Of a stretch of 40,000 bases of DNA, positions 17,947 through 26,259 are shown one piece after another. A model generated the notes under the pieces. The model was not told where the DNA came from and did not search any database. It saw only the letters and a program-made list of their open reading frames with translations. The stretch comes from Pseudomonas monsensis (lineage in GTDB: Bacteria > Pseudomonadota > Gammaproteobacteria > Pseudomonadales > Pseudomonadaceae), in the NCBI RefSeq assembly GCF_014268495.2, contig NZ_CP077087.1, positions 3,338,709 to 3,378,708 on the forward strand, in the 5' to 3' direction. A program made the position numbers and the translations under genes. Positions within the stretch are counted from its first letter, which is position 1, and the number at the start of each line of letters is the position of its first letter.

Positions 17947-19861
17947 GTAGGAGGCGGTTTCACAACCGCCGTCCTCTCACACCACCGTACGTACGGTTCC
18001 GTATACGGCGGTTCAGGTTATGCGATTAAGCCGGTTTATCGTATCCAGTATTGAGACCAGCCCGAGTCGATCCCATAGCTTCTTCGGTAGCGCCTGATTC
18101 ATATGTGACGCTCCCGAGTTCCACCATGGGCCTCGGCCATTGACCGCCGATTTCCACGCCCGCGCCTCGTCGAGGCCCAAACGTATCAGGTTGCGCGCCC
18201 TCGTAGAGGGCCGCTTCCATTGACGCCATATGACGCAACGAAGTTTGTGACGCACCCAGCCATCCAGCTCCTCAAGTGGCCGCTTGCTCTGACTCAGCTT
18301 GAAGTAGCCAGCCCAACCACGCAGCACGGGAGTCATTTGCTCAACGATATATCTCATTGAGCGGGCCCGTATCCGACGCAAGAGTTCCCGGAGTCGGTCG
18401 CGCAGGCGGTGCAGGCTTATGCTCGCGACCCTCAGCTTCGGCTGTTGATGCCAGCTCATCCCATAACCCAAGTAATCACAGGCCCAAGGCCGTGCCACAC
18501 GGCTCTTTTCCCGATTCAGTGTCAGCTTCAGGCCCTGAGTCAGGAAGCGCTCAACACTGGCCATGACCCGTTCGCCTGCACGATGACTGCGCACATAAAT
18601 GTTCGCATCGTCGGCATAGCGTACGAAGCGATGGCCCCGTCGTTCCAGTTCGCGGTCGAGTTCGTTGAGCAAGATGTTCGACAGCAACGGCGAGAGCGGG
18701 CCGCCTTGCGGCGTCCCTTCCTGCCGTCGGCTGACGATCCCGCCCGCCATCATGCCGGCCTCGAGGTAACGGCGAATGAGCCTGAGCACCCGCTTGTCTT
18801 CGATCTGACGCGCAACATGGGCCATCAACACATCGTGGTTGACCCGATCAAAGAACTTCTCCAGATCAAGCTCCACGCACCAACGGTGTCCCGCCGCCAC
18901 ATGGTCACGGGCTGTTTCGATGGCGTGATGGGCGCTTCTGCCCGGACGAAAGCCGTAGCTGTAGTCCGAAAACAACGGATCGAAGGTCGGCGTGAGCTGT
19001 TGCAGCAAAGCCTGCTGGATCAGGCGATCCACGACGCAGGGAATACCCAACTGCCGTGTTCCGCCTTTGGATTTGGGGATGTCGACGGCGCGTACACTTT
19101 GCGGGTGATACTCGCCGGCCAGCAGCCGAGCTTTGAGGATCGGCCAATACTGTTTCACGTAGCCTGCCAATTGGTCGACCGTCATGCCATCGGCACCCGG
19201 TGCGCCCTTGTTGCTGACTACGCGTTGATACGCACGCTTGAGGTTGGCGGGTGCAAGCACCCGCCCCATCAGCGTGTCCGGCTCCGCGTTCGTCCACGTC
19301 ACAGCCGCCGGTGATACCTGTGCGCTGTCAGCCGTCATCCTCGGATTCTGTCCGGGACTCGGAGTGACAGTCTTCTCTGGGAGAAATTTCTGCATTTCGG
19401 TACTCAACGAGACTCTGACGCCTACTGACGGCATAACCTGTTCGGCCCTTGGTGACGGAGTTACTCGTCACTTACTACGGCTTCGGCTGACTTCTGCACG
19501 TTCATCCCGTCGCCTCTCGACGCTCGGTAGCACAGTGGCAAACGTGCAGATCTCCCAGGGTAATTCGCGCGACCTTCCTGCTTATGCCTGTCGGATTTAC
19601 GTCACAGCGTTCCGTGCAAGTATTGGGCTTTGACGATTTGGGCCGTCTTACCCCGCTGCGCCGCCTCTATCCGCTTCCTGTTCGTCAGGCCAGCATTTTG
19701 CCTCGGGCTTCCTTCAGATTCGCGGTCGCCCGCGACACCCTTGCCTCTGGCTAACACTTCCCCTTGCCGGGTGTGTAGAGGACTTTCACCTCCAAGTCAC
19801 CAGCATGGCCACCACAGCCAAGCTGGTTGCGCTTGCGCGCAACGCGCCATGCCTGGCGCAC
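17947..19861 (-). mobile_element. Group II intron, bacterial class C-like, apparently full length (about 1.9 kb); ends approximate to +/-10 nt
   Basis: Read on the minus strand:
- The 5' end is GTGCGCC at 19861.
- Domain-I-type strings GGTGAAAGTCC and AATCTGAAGGAAGC are present.
- The IEP ORF sits in the middle.
- A domain V hairpin CCGCCGTAT-ACG-GAAC-CGT-AC-GTACGGTGG lies at + coords 17982-18011, with a CGC triad and a 2-nt bulge.
- A domain VI hairpin GAGGACGGCGG...CCGCCTCCTAC ends at 17947. Confidence 0.85.
18013..19434 (-). CDS. Group II intron-encoded reverse transcriptase/maturase (no endonuclease domain)
   Basis: Sequence NLKRAYQRVVSNKGAPGADGMTV, RT block RYADDANIYV (YADD), and a maturase X-domain tail ...GWAGYFKLS...WRQWKRPSTRARNL.... 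The maximal ORF is given. The real start may be ATG 19395 or 19338. Confidence 0.9.
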   Translation of the reverse strand: MPSVGVRVSLSTEMQKFLPEKTVTPSPGQNPRMTADSAQVSPAAVTWTNAEPDTLMGRVLAPANLKRAYQRVVSNKGAPGADGMTVDQLAGYVKQYWPILKARLLAGEYHPQSVRAVDIPKSKGGTRQLGIPCVVDRLIQQALLQQLTPTFDPLFSDYSYGFRPGRSAHHAIETARDHVAAGHRWCVELDLEKFFDRVNHDVLMAHVARQIEDKRVLRLIRRYLEAGMMAGGIVSRRQEGTPQGGPLSPLLSNILLNELDRELERRGHRFVRYADDANIYVRSHRAGERVMASVERFLTQGLKLTLNREKSRVARPWACDYLGYGMSWHQQPKLRVASISLHRLRDRLRELLRRIRARSMRYIVEQMTPVLRGWAGYFKLSQSKRPLEELDGWVRHKLRCVIWRQWKRPSTRARNLIRLGLDEARAWKSAVNGRGPWWNSGASHMNQALPKKLWDRLGLVSILDTINRLNRIT

Positions 19862-19866
19862 CCATG

Positions 19867-19897
19867 AAAAAGCCCGCATCAGTGCGGGCTTTTTTGT
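19867..19897. terminator. Bidirectional rho-independent terminator; the intron target site lies directly behind it on the minus strand
   Basis: AAAAAGCCCGCATCAGTGCGGGCTTTTTT: the stem GCCCGCA/TGCGGGC is flanked by an A5 run and a T6 run. Confidence 0.85.
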
Positions 19898-19911
19898 TTT
19901 CTATCAAAAGC

Positions 19912-20184
19912 TTAGGCGTAATTTTTAATGGATTCTGGAGGTACGAAGGATTCCAGCTCATCTTCCACCGCCTCAATGATGCGCTCGACATCGGCTGCAT
20001 TCATCACGGTGGCGCAAGGGATGCCGGCGATGGCGATCATGGTTTCACCGCTGGCGCGATCAAACAGGCGGGCAATCATGCTGCCCGGCGCATCCATCGT
20101 GGCTTCGAAACCCATGGGATGAAAATGCCAGCGCATCAGTTGGCAGGCATTGGGGAACGTAACTTTGCTTGACCCTTTATTCAT
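19912..20184 (-). CDS. Hypothetical small protein (90 aa)
   Basis: GC3-rich codon usage like the neighbouring genes, a purine-rich stretch before the ATG, and a terminator 15 nt after the stop. I could not assign a family with confidence. Confidence 0.55.
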   Translation of the reverse strand: MNKGSSKVTFPNACQLMRWHFHPMGFEATMDAPGSMIARLFDRASGETMIAIAGIPCATVMNAADVERIIEAVEDELESFVPPESIKNYA

Positions 20185-20447
20185 GTGTTGCCCGCCTTCT
20201 TCATCGAGCGCTTCCTTTTGCCCATGTTAGGAGGGAAGAGCCTTCATTGGCTCAACCGGTGACTGACCTTAAAAGTAGCATCCGGATGTGAAATTCCTGT
20301 GAGATTTTTCAGTTCATTTTGCGATTGCTTCGCATTTTTTGATGTAAGTCACGGCCTACACAATCATCGCCAAAAGGCCACTAGCGATTAGGCATTGATG
20401 CAGATGCCGAACTTGGGCAAGCTCGGTTCTTTTTCGCCGAGCCCTTT

Positions 20448-21263
20448 ATGCACGCCGATAATGACGGCCCGGAACAGACCCAGGCCACGGCCGCCACGGT
20501 CATGCGCTATCACTTGAGCTGGAAGCATCGCGACCTGGACAGCGTCATGGCGTTGTATCACCCGGACATTCAGTACAACGATTTCTTCCAGAATCGCGTG
20601 CTCGGCCTCGACGAGTTGCGCGAGTACGTGCGCGTCAGCATGCCGCGAGAATCCGACGAATTGCTCGAGCATTGCGATCGCATCCGTGTCGACGGCAATA
20701 CCGCCTTCATCCAGTACGAAGTGACATTGCGCGGTGGTGAAGGGCTGGTGTCGTTCCGTTCCAGTGAGGCGCTCACGGTCAAAGACGGCTTGATCTGGCG
20801 CGTCAACGAATACGCCTCGCTGGTGCGCACGCAGAATCAAAGCAGCAAGGCACCGAGCCAGCGTCCAGCGGTCAGTCGCCTCGGCCTGTCGCCGCGCCAA
20901 TTGAGCTTTATGGCTGACGATCTGCAGCAGTACTTCGAGCGCCAGCAACCCTATCTCGATCCCGAACTGGACCTGCAACGGGTGGCGAAGGAGTGTGGCT
21001 ACAGTCGCAATCAGATCTCCTACCTGTTGAATCAGGTGCTGGGGCAGAGCTTCTATCGCTACGTCAATCAGGCGCGCCTGCAGCATCTGCTGCGCTCGCT
21101 GGACATTGCCGCGCCACCGTTGCGTATTGATGAACTGGCGTTCGCCGCCGGCTTCAACTCGTTGTCGGCGTTCTACAGCTGTTTTCGCCAGCACACCGGC
21201 CAGTCGCCGAAGGCGTACGCCAAACAAATTTCTTTGCGGACACGCGCGCAAGACTTCTCCTGA
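20448..21263 (+). CDS. AraC-family regulator with an N-terminal NTF2/SnoaL-like domain
   Basis: The C-terminal double HTH reads LQRVAKECGYSRNQISYLLNQVLGQSF...IDELAFAAGFNSLSAFYSCFRQHTGQSPKAY. The N-terminal ~130 aa (YHLSWKHRDLDSVMALYHPDIQYNDFF...) look SnoaL-like. The start is uncertain because no SD is evident. Confidence 0.8.
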   Translation: MHADNDGPEQTQATAATVMRYHLSWKHRDLDSVMALYHPDIQYNDFFQNRVLGLDELREYVRVSMPRESDELLEHCDRIRVDGNTAFIQYEVTLRGGEGLVSFRSSEALTVKDGLIWRVNEYASLVRTQNQSSKAPSQRPAVSRLGLSPRQLSFMADDLQQYFERQQPYLDPELDLQRVAKECGYSRNQISYLLNQVLGQSFYRYVNQARLQHLLRSLDIAAPPLRIDELAFAAGFNSLSAFYSCFRQHTGQSPKAYAKQISLRTRAQDFS

Positions 21264-21315
21264 GCCCACGCACTAGGATCGACGCCATCGAAGGTTTTCA
21301 GTGGCGGAGTCTTGC

Positions 21316-22722
21316 ATGCCGGCGTGGCGCACTATCAGTTTGTGGATGGATCAACTCGACGAGCCGCTCATGGCGCGGCCAGCGCTGGAGCAGGATCTGG
21401 ATGTCGACGTGGCGATCATTGGCGCCGGGTACACCGGGTTATGGACGGCGTACTACCTGAAGAAACTCGCCCCCGGCCTGGACATCGCCATTATCGAGGC
21501 ACAAACCGCCGGTTTCGGCGCGTCCGGGCGCAATGGCGGCTGGCTGATGGGCAATATGCTGGGCGAGGATCGCTTGCTTGCCGGTTTGTCGCCGCAACAG
21601 CGTCGCGCCTCGTTCGATCTGCTGCACTGCATCCCCGATGAAGTGGAGATCGTCCTCGAACGCGAAGGTATTCACTGCGATTATCGCAAGGGCGGCGTGT
21701 TGTATTGCGCGGCACGCTATCCCGAGCAGGAAGCCACTCTGCGCGACTACCTGACCAAACTGCACAGCCAGGGCCTGACAGACGACGACTACCGCTGGCT
21801 CAGCCCTGAACAACTGGCACAACAGATTCGCGTGGCCAAACCGTACGGCGGCATCTTTGCGCCGCACGTAGCGACCATCCACCCGGCGAAGCTGGTGCGT
21901 GGCCTGGCGCGGACGGTTCAGGGCATGGGCGTGAAGATCTACGAAAACAGTCCGGTCACCCATTGGCAGTCGGGCAGCTTGCGCACGGCCAAGGCCAGTG
22001 TGCGCAGTCGCTGGATTGTGCCGGCGGTGGAGGGGTATTCGGTGACCTTGCCGCCCTTGGGGCGCTACCAGTTGCCGGTGCAAAGCCTGATCGTCGCCAC
22101 CGAACCATTGTCTGCGGCCACCTGGGACGAGATCGGGCTCAATCGCGGCCAGGCCTTCAGTGAATTCAGCCGTCAGGTCACCTACGGCCAGCGCAGTGCC
22201 GACAATCGCCTGATCTTCGGCGCTCGTGGCGGCTATCAGTTCGCCGGCAAGTTGCGCCACAACTTCGATCTGACCCGCGATGAAGTCGAACTGCGCCGCT
22301 ATCTGTTCGGTGAACTGTTCCCGCAGTTGAAAAACGTGCAGATCACTCACGCCTGGGGCGGCAATCTCGGCATGTCCCGGCATTTCAAGCCGCACATGCT
22401 CTGCGACCGCGCCAACGGGATCGCGCTGTCGGGCGGTTACGGCGGCGAGGGCGTCGGCGCCAGCAATCTCGGTGGCCGTACGCTGGCGGACCTGATTCTC
22501 GAGCGCGACACCGAATTGACGCAGCAACCCTGGGTGTTGCCGGACGGCGGCATTCACGCCCTGCGCGCCTGGGAACCGGAGCCGTGCCGCTGGCTCGGTT
22601 ACAACGCCATCATCAAAAGCTTTGTCCATGAGGACCAGACCCTGGCCAACCCGGCGACCGCGCCCTGGCGGCGCAAACTCGCCAGTCGGGTGGCTGGCTT
22701 CATGGAAGGTTTCATGCACTAA
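21316..22722 (+). CDS. FAD-dependent oxidoreductase (gamma-glutamylputrescine oxidase/PuuB-like, DAO family)
   Basis: Dinucleotide fold DVAIIGAGYTGLWTAYYL. ATG 21316 has a GGAG 8 nt upstream. The ORF opens at GTG 21301. Confidence 0.85.
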   Translation: MPAWRTISLWMDQLDEPLMARPALEQDLDVDVAIIGAGYTGLWTAYYLKKLAPGLDIAIIEAQTAGFGASGRNGGWLMGNMLGEDRLLAGLSPQQRRASFDLLHCIPDEVEIVLEREGIHCDYRKGGVLYCAARYPEQEATLRDYLTKLHSQGLTDDDYRWLSPEQLAQQIRVAKPYGGIFAPHVATIHPAKLVRGLARTVQGMGVKIYENSPVTHWQSGSLRTAKASVRSRWIVPAVEGYSVTLPPLGRYQLPVQSLIVATEPLSAATWDEIGLNRGQAFSEFSRQVTYGQRSADNRLIFGARGGYQFAGKLRHNFDLTRDEVELRRYLFGELFPQLKNVQITHAWGGNLGMSRHFKPHMLCDRANGIALSGGYGGEGVGASNLGGRTLADLILERDTELTQQPWVLPDGGIHALRAWEPEPCRWLGYNAIIKSFVHEDQTLANPATAPWRRKLASRVAGFMEGFMH

Positions 22723-22752
22723 ACGCCGTTCTATTCAACAGCAGGTCAGACC

Positions 22753-23097
22753 ATGAGCATTACGCAGTTCAAGAACACCGCCACATTGCAGCTGGACGAA
22801 TCCAACCCGGTGGCCGTGCCGCTGGGCGAGCCGGTCGCCATTGCGTCGACCACCAGTGTCGAGCGCGACGATGGCGTCGAAACCGGCGTCTGGGCGTGCA
22901 CCCCCGGGCGCTGGCGCCGGCAGATCACCGCCCAGGAGTTTTGCCATTTCATTTCCGGCCGTTGCACTTTCACCCCGGACGGTGGCGGCGAAACCCTGCA
23001 CATACAAGGTGGCGACGCACTGATGTTGCCGGCCAACACGCTCGGTGTCTGGGATATCCAGGAGACCGTGCGCAAGACCTATGTCCTGATTTTCTGA
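22753..23097 (+). CDS. Small cupin protein (DUF861/EutQ-like cupin_3)
   Basis: 114 aa. The pattern GVWACTPGRW...EFCHFISGRCTFTPDGG...GDALMLPAN is typical of this cupin family. Confidence 0.8.
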   Translation: MSITQFKNTATLQLDESNPVAVPLGEPVAIASTTSVERDDGVETGVWACTPGRWRRQITAQEFCHFISGRCTFTPDGGGETLHIQGGDALMLPANTLGVWDIQETVRKTYVLIF

Positions 23098-23152
23098 TTG
23101 TTTGATCCTTTGATTGCCTGCCAACAAAAAAAGCCCCTACAGGAATCGACCC

Positions 23153-24238
23153 ATGATCCAGAAAACCCTCGCACTGGCGCCGCTGTTGCTGGCCGCCTCC
23201 ATCAGTCACGCGGCCGAAACGGTCAAGGTATACAACTGGTCCGACTACATCGCGCCGGACACCACCAAGCATTTCGAGAAGGAAACCGGTGTCGGCGTCA
23301 CCTATGACGTCTACGACAGCAACGAAACCCTCGACGGCAAACTGATGACCGGTAAATCCGGTTACGACGTGGTGTTTCCCTCCAACCACTTCATGGCGCG
23401 GCAGATTCAGGGCGGGGCGCTGAAAAAACTCGACAAGAGCCAGTTGCCGAACTGGAAGAACCTCAATCCGGTGCTGCTCAAAGCGTTGCAGACCAACGAC
23501 CCGAACAATGAGCACGGCTTCCCGTATCTGTGGGGCAGCACCGGCATCGGTTACAACATCGCCAAGGTCAAAGCGGTACTGGGCGACAACGCGCCGGTGG
23601 ATTCCTGGGATCTGATTTTCAAGCCCGAGTACATGGAAAAACTGCAGAAATGCGGGGTGGCCATCCTCGACAACGGCCCGGAACTACTGCCGGCGGCGCT
23701 CAATTACCTCGGGTTGCCGCCACACAGCAAGAACCCCGAAGACTACAAAAAGGCCGAAGCGCTGCTGATGAAAGTGCGACCGTATGTCAGTTACTTCCAT
23801 TCCTCGAAGTACACCAGCGACCTGGCCAACGGCGACATTTGTGTCGCGGTGGGTTTCTCCGGCGACATCCTGCAAGCGGAAAACCGCGCCAGGGAAGCGA
23901 AAAACGGCATCGAGATCGGCTACGCGATTCCCAAGGAGGGCGCGGCGATCTGGTTCGACATGGTTGCCATGCCTGCCGACGCGCCGGACGAGAAGGCCGG
24001 CTATGCGTTCATGAACTACCTGCTGCGGCCGGACGTCATGGCCGGCATCAGCAATTACGTGCATTACGCCAACGGTAACGAACAGGCCGACAGCCTGATC
24101 GACCCGGCGATCAAAAATGACACCAAGGTCTATCCGAGCCCGGAGATGATGGGCAAGCTGTTTGCGCTGGAGGCGATGCCGCTCAACATCGACCGAATCC
24201 GTACCCGTGTCTGGAACAAAATCCGCACCGGCAGCTGA
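23153..24238 (+). CDS. Polyamine (putrescine/spermidine-type) ABC transporter periplasmic binding protein, PotF/SpuD-like
   Basis: Signal peptide MIQKTLALAPLLLAASISHA followed by ETVKVYNWSDYIAPD. An AGGA precedes ATG 23153. No cognate permease or ATPase genes are adjacent. Confidence 0.9.
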   Translation: MIQKTLALAPLLLAASISHAAETVKVYNWSDYIAPDTTKHFEKETGVGVTYDVYDSNETLDGKLMTGKSGYDVVFPSNHFMARQIQGGALKKLDKSQLPNWKNLNPVLLKALQTNDPNNEHGFPYLWGSTGIGYNIAKVKAVLGDNAPVDSWDLIFKPEYMEKLQKCGVAILDNGPELLPAALNYLGLPPHSKNPEDYKKAEALLMKVRPYVSYFHSSKYTSDLANGDICVAVGFSGDILQAENRAREAKNGIEIGYAIPKEGAAIWFDMVAMPADAPDEKAGYAFMNYLLRPDVMAGISNYVHYANGNEQADSLIDPAIKNDTKVYPSPEMMGKLFALEAMPLNIDRIRTRVWNKIRTGS

Positions 24239-24253
24239 TATTCTTGCGTCTAC

Positions 24254-24357
24254 AAATCCCTGTGGGGGCGGGCTTGCTCGCGAAAGCGGTGTGTCATTCG
24301 ACGGCAATGTTGACTGATCCGATGCCTTCGCGAGCAAGCCCGCTTCCACAGGGATTT
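24254..24357. repeat. Inverted pair of REP elements (CCCTGTGGGAGCGGGCTTGCTCGCGAA family)
   Basis: The 31-nt arms 24254-24284 and 24327-24357 are complementary with 2 mismatches, separated by a 42-nt spacer. The pair sits right after the binding-protein gene. Confidence 0.75.
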
Positions 24358-24623
24358 CCAGTATTTGAACGATTGATATCAATGCGCTGGCACGCACTAA
24401 TAAAGTGCAGGAAAGTGAGACGCGGCTAACAAAAAACAACTTACCGATATTTAATATTTAAATAGAAAATCGTCTGACAATTAGGCGAAAGCACATCGCT
24501 TAAAACATTCTTTCGACCCCGCACGCTTTGTTTACGGCAGTTTTTCGAAACAGCTTAATTTGATCTCAAAAAAATGCTTTACGACAGATTTCAAATTGTG
24601 TCAGGTTTCTTACGCCTTCATTG

Positions 24624-24696
24624 GGCGAGTGATAGGACGATCTCGCCAGAGATTGTCGCTATCGGACAAAAACTGTTCCATTGCTAAACAAGGAAG
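24624..24696 (+). promoter_or_regulatory. aprA 5' leader with three GGA motifs: one in a hairpin loop, one unpaired, one in the SD. These are candidate RsmA/E sites.
   Basis: The stem GGCGAG (24624-24629) / CTCGCC (24642-24647) encloses the loop tgataGGAcgat. A second GGA is at 24664-24666 and a third in the SD AAGGAAG (24690-24696). Confidence 0.45.
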
Positions 24697-24703
24697 TGTG
24701 TTT

Positions 24704-26167
24704 ATGTCGAAAGTAAAAGCTAACGCTATTGATACCACCGCAGACACATTTGTGCCTGTCGGCGCCGTGCAGTCTCTGGCTGCCACCAGCTCCGCCTGGA
24801 ACCAGATCAATAGCTTCAGCCATCAGTACGACCGTGGCGGTAATCTCACGGTCAATGGCAAACCCTCCTTCTCGGTGGATCAAGCCGCTACCCAACTGTT
24901 GCGGGACGGTGCTTCCTGGCACGACCTCAACAACAGCGGCAAGATCGAACTGACCTACACCTTTCTGACGGCCAAAACCGCCAACTTCAGCGGTCTGGGC
25001 GTCACCGGTTTCAGTCAGTTCAGCGCCCTGCAGAAAGCCCAGGCCGTGCTCGCCATGCAATCCTGGGCGGATGTTGCCAACGTGACATTCACCGAAGCTG
25101 CCCGTGGTGGCGACGGTCACATGACCTTCGGTAACTACAGCGGCGGCCAGGACGGTGCAGCAGCGTTTGCCTTCCTGCCAGGCACCGAGCCAGGCTATGA
25201 CGGTCAGTCCTGGTACCTGACCGGCAGTGGCTACGACGTTAACAAGACACCGGGCCTGAACAATTACGGGCGTCAGACCCTGACGCACGAAATCGGCCAC
25301 ACCCTGGGCCTGTCTCACCCTGGCGACTATAACGCCGGCGAAGGCAACCCGACTTACAAGGATGCTTCCTACGGGCAAGACACCCGCGGTTACAGCCTTA
25401 TGAGTTACTGGAGTGAAAGCAACACCAATCAGAACTTCAGCAAGGGCGGGGTAGAAGCCTACGCGTCCGGCCCGCTGATGGACGACATCGCGGCGATTCA
25501 GAAGCTCTACGGTGCCAACACCACCACCCGTACCGGTGACACCACCTACGGTTTCAACTCCAACACCGGTCGCGACTTCCTCAGTGCTTCGTCGTCGAGC
25601 GACAAACTCGTGTTCTCGGTATGGGACGCGGGCGGCAAGGACACCCTGGACTTCTCCGGGTTCACCCAGAACCAGAAGATCAACCTCAATGATGCCTCGT
25701 TCTCCGACGTTGGCGGCATGGTGGGTAACGTGTCCATCGCCAAGGGCGCGATCATCGAGAACGCCATCGGCGGTTCGGGCAACGACCTGCTGATCGGCAA
25801 CAGCGTGGCCAACGAGCTCAAGGGCGGTGCCGGCAACGACATCCTCTACGGGGCTGGCGGTGCCGACAAGCTGTGGGGCGGCGCGGGTTCGGACACCTTC
25901 GTGTTCGCGGCCAGCTCCGACTCCAAGCCGGGTGCGATTGATCAGATCCTCGACTTCGTCAGCGGTCTGGACAAAATCGACCTGACCGGCATCACCAACG
26001 GCGCCGGCCTTCACTTCGTCAGCGCCTTCACCGGTGCGGCGGGCGATGCCGTGTTGACCTCGTCGGGCGGCAACAGCCTGCTGTCGGTGGACTTCTCCGG
26101 GCACGGCGTGGCCGACTTCCAGGTCAGCACCGTGGGCCAGGCAGCGACCAGCGACATCGTGGCGTGA
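24704..26167 (+). CDS. aprA: Serralysin-family alkaline metalloprotease (AprA/AprX), a T1SS substrate
   Basis: Zinc motif [12 protein letters not shown], Met-turn SLMSYW, and RTX nonapeptides [10 protein letters not shown] and [26 protein letters not shown]. There is no signal peptide. The SD AAGGAAG precedes ATG 24704; the upstream ORF extension is non-coding leader. Confidence 0.95.
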   Translation: MSKVKANAIDTTADTFVPVGAVQSLAATSSAWNQINSFSHQYDRGGNLTVNGKPSFSVDQAATQLLRDGASWHDLNNSGKIELTYTFLTAKTANFSGLGVTGFSQFSALQKAQAVLAMQSWADVANVTFTEAARGGDGHMTFGNYSGGQDGAAAFAFLPGTEPGYDGQSWYLTGSGYDVNKTPGLNNYGRQTLTHEIGHTLGLSHPGDYNAGEGNPTYKDASYGQDTRGYSLMSYWSESNTNQNFSKGGVEAYASGPLMDDIAAIQKLYGANTTTRTGDTTYGFNSNTGRDFLSASSSSDKLVFSVWDAGGKDTLDFSGFTQNQKINLNDASFSDVGGMVGNVSIAKGAIIENAIGGSGNDLLIGNSVANELKGGAGNDILYGAGGADKLWGGAGSDTFVFAASSDSKPGAIDQILDFVSGLDKIDLTGITNGAGLHFVSAFTGAAGDAVLTSSGGNSLLSVDFSGHGVADFQVSTVGQAATSDIVA

Positions 26168-26176
26168 TGTAACAGG

Positions 26177-26210
26177 GAAAGCGGCGCGTCATGCGCCGCT
26201 TTCTTTACTT
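26177..26210 (+). terminator. Rho-independent terminator/attenuator between aprA and the inhibitor gene
   Basis: A perfect 11-bp stem GAAAGCGGCGC / GCGCCGCTTTC with a 5-nt loop, followed by tttactt. Confidence 0.75.
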
Positions 26211-26259
26211 GCATCGGTTGGATCTGTAGGCAAGGCTACGCGCCGGAGCGAATATTCCC

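Noticed and set aside
18409-19314. A 301-aa plus-strand ORF inside the group II intron.
   Set aside because: It is antisense to the RT/maturase gene, which has unmistakable RT motifs. It has no SD and no recognisable domain.
19630-20172. A 180-aa plus-strand ORF spanning the intron 5' end, the terminator and the 90-aa gene.
   Set aside because: It reads straight through a strong bidirectional terminator and across structured intron RNA. It is antisense to a better-supported small gene.
15467-20184. Reading the helicase plus the reverse transcriptase as a defence island (Gabija-like GajB, or a DRT/retron-type RT).
   Set aside because: The RT sits inside a complete group II intron RNA scaffold (GTGCG 5' end, domains V/VI, maturase X domain). 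The helicase has HelD-like architecture and no adjacent GajA-type nuclease/ATPase partner.
24388-24409. TGGCAC upstream of aprA, which looked like a sigma54 -24 element.
   Set aside because: The required GC (-12 TTGC) element is not present 10 nt downstream of the GG. The nearest TGCA is about 16 nt away, so the spacing does not fit.
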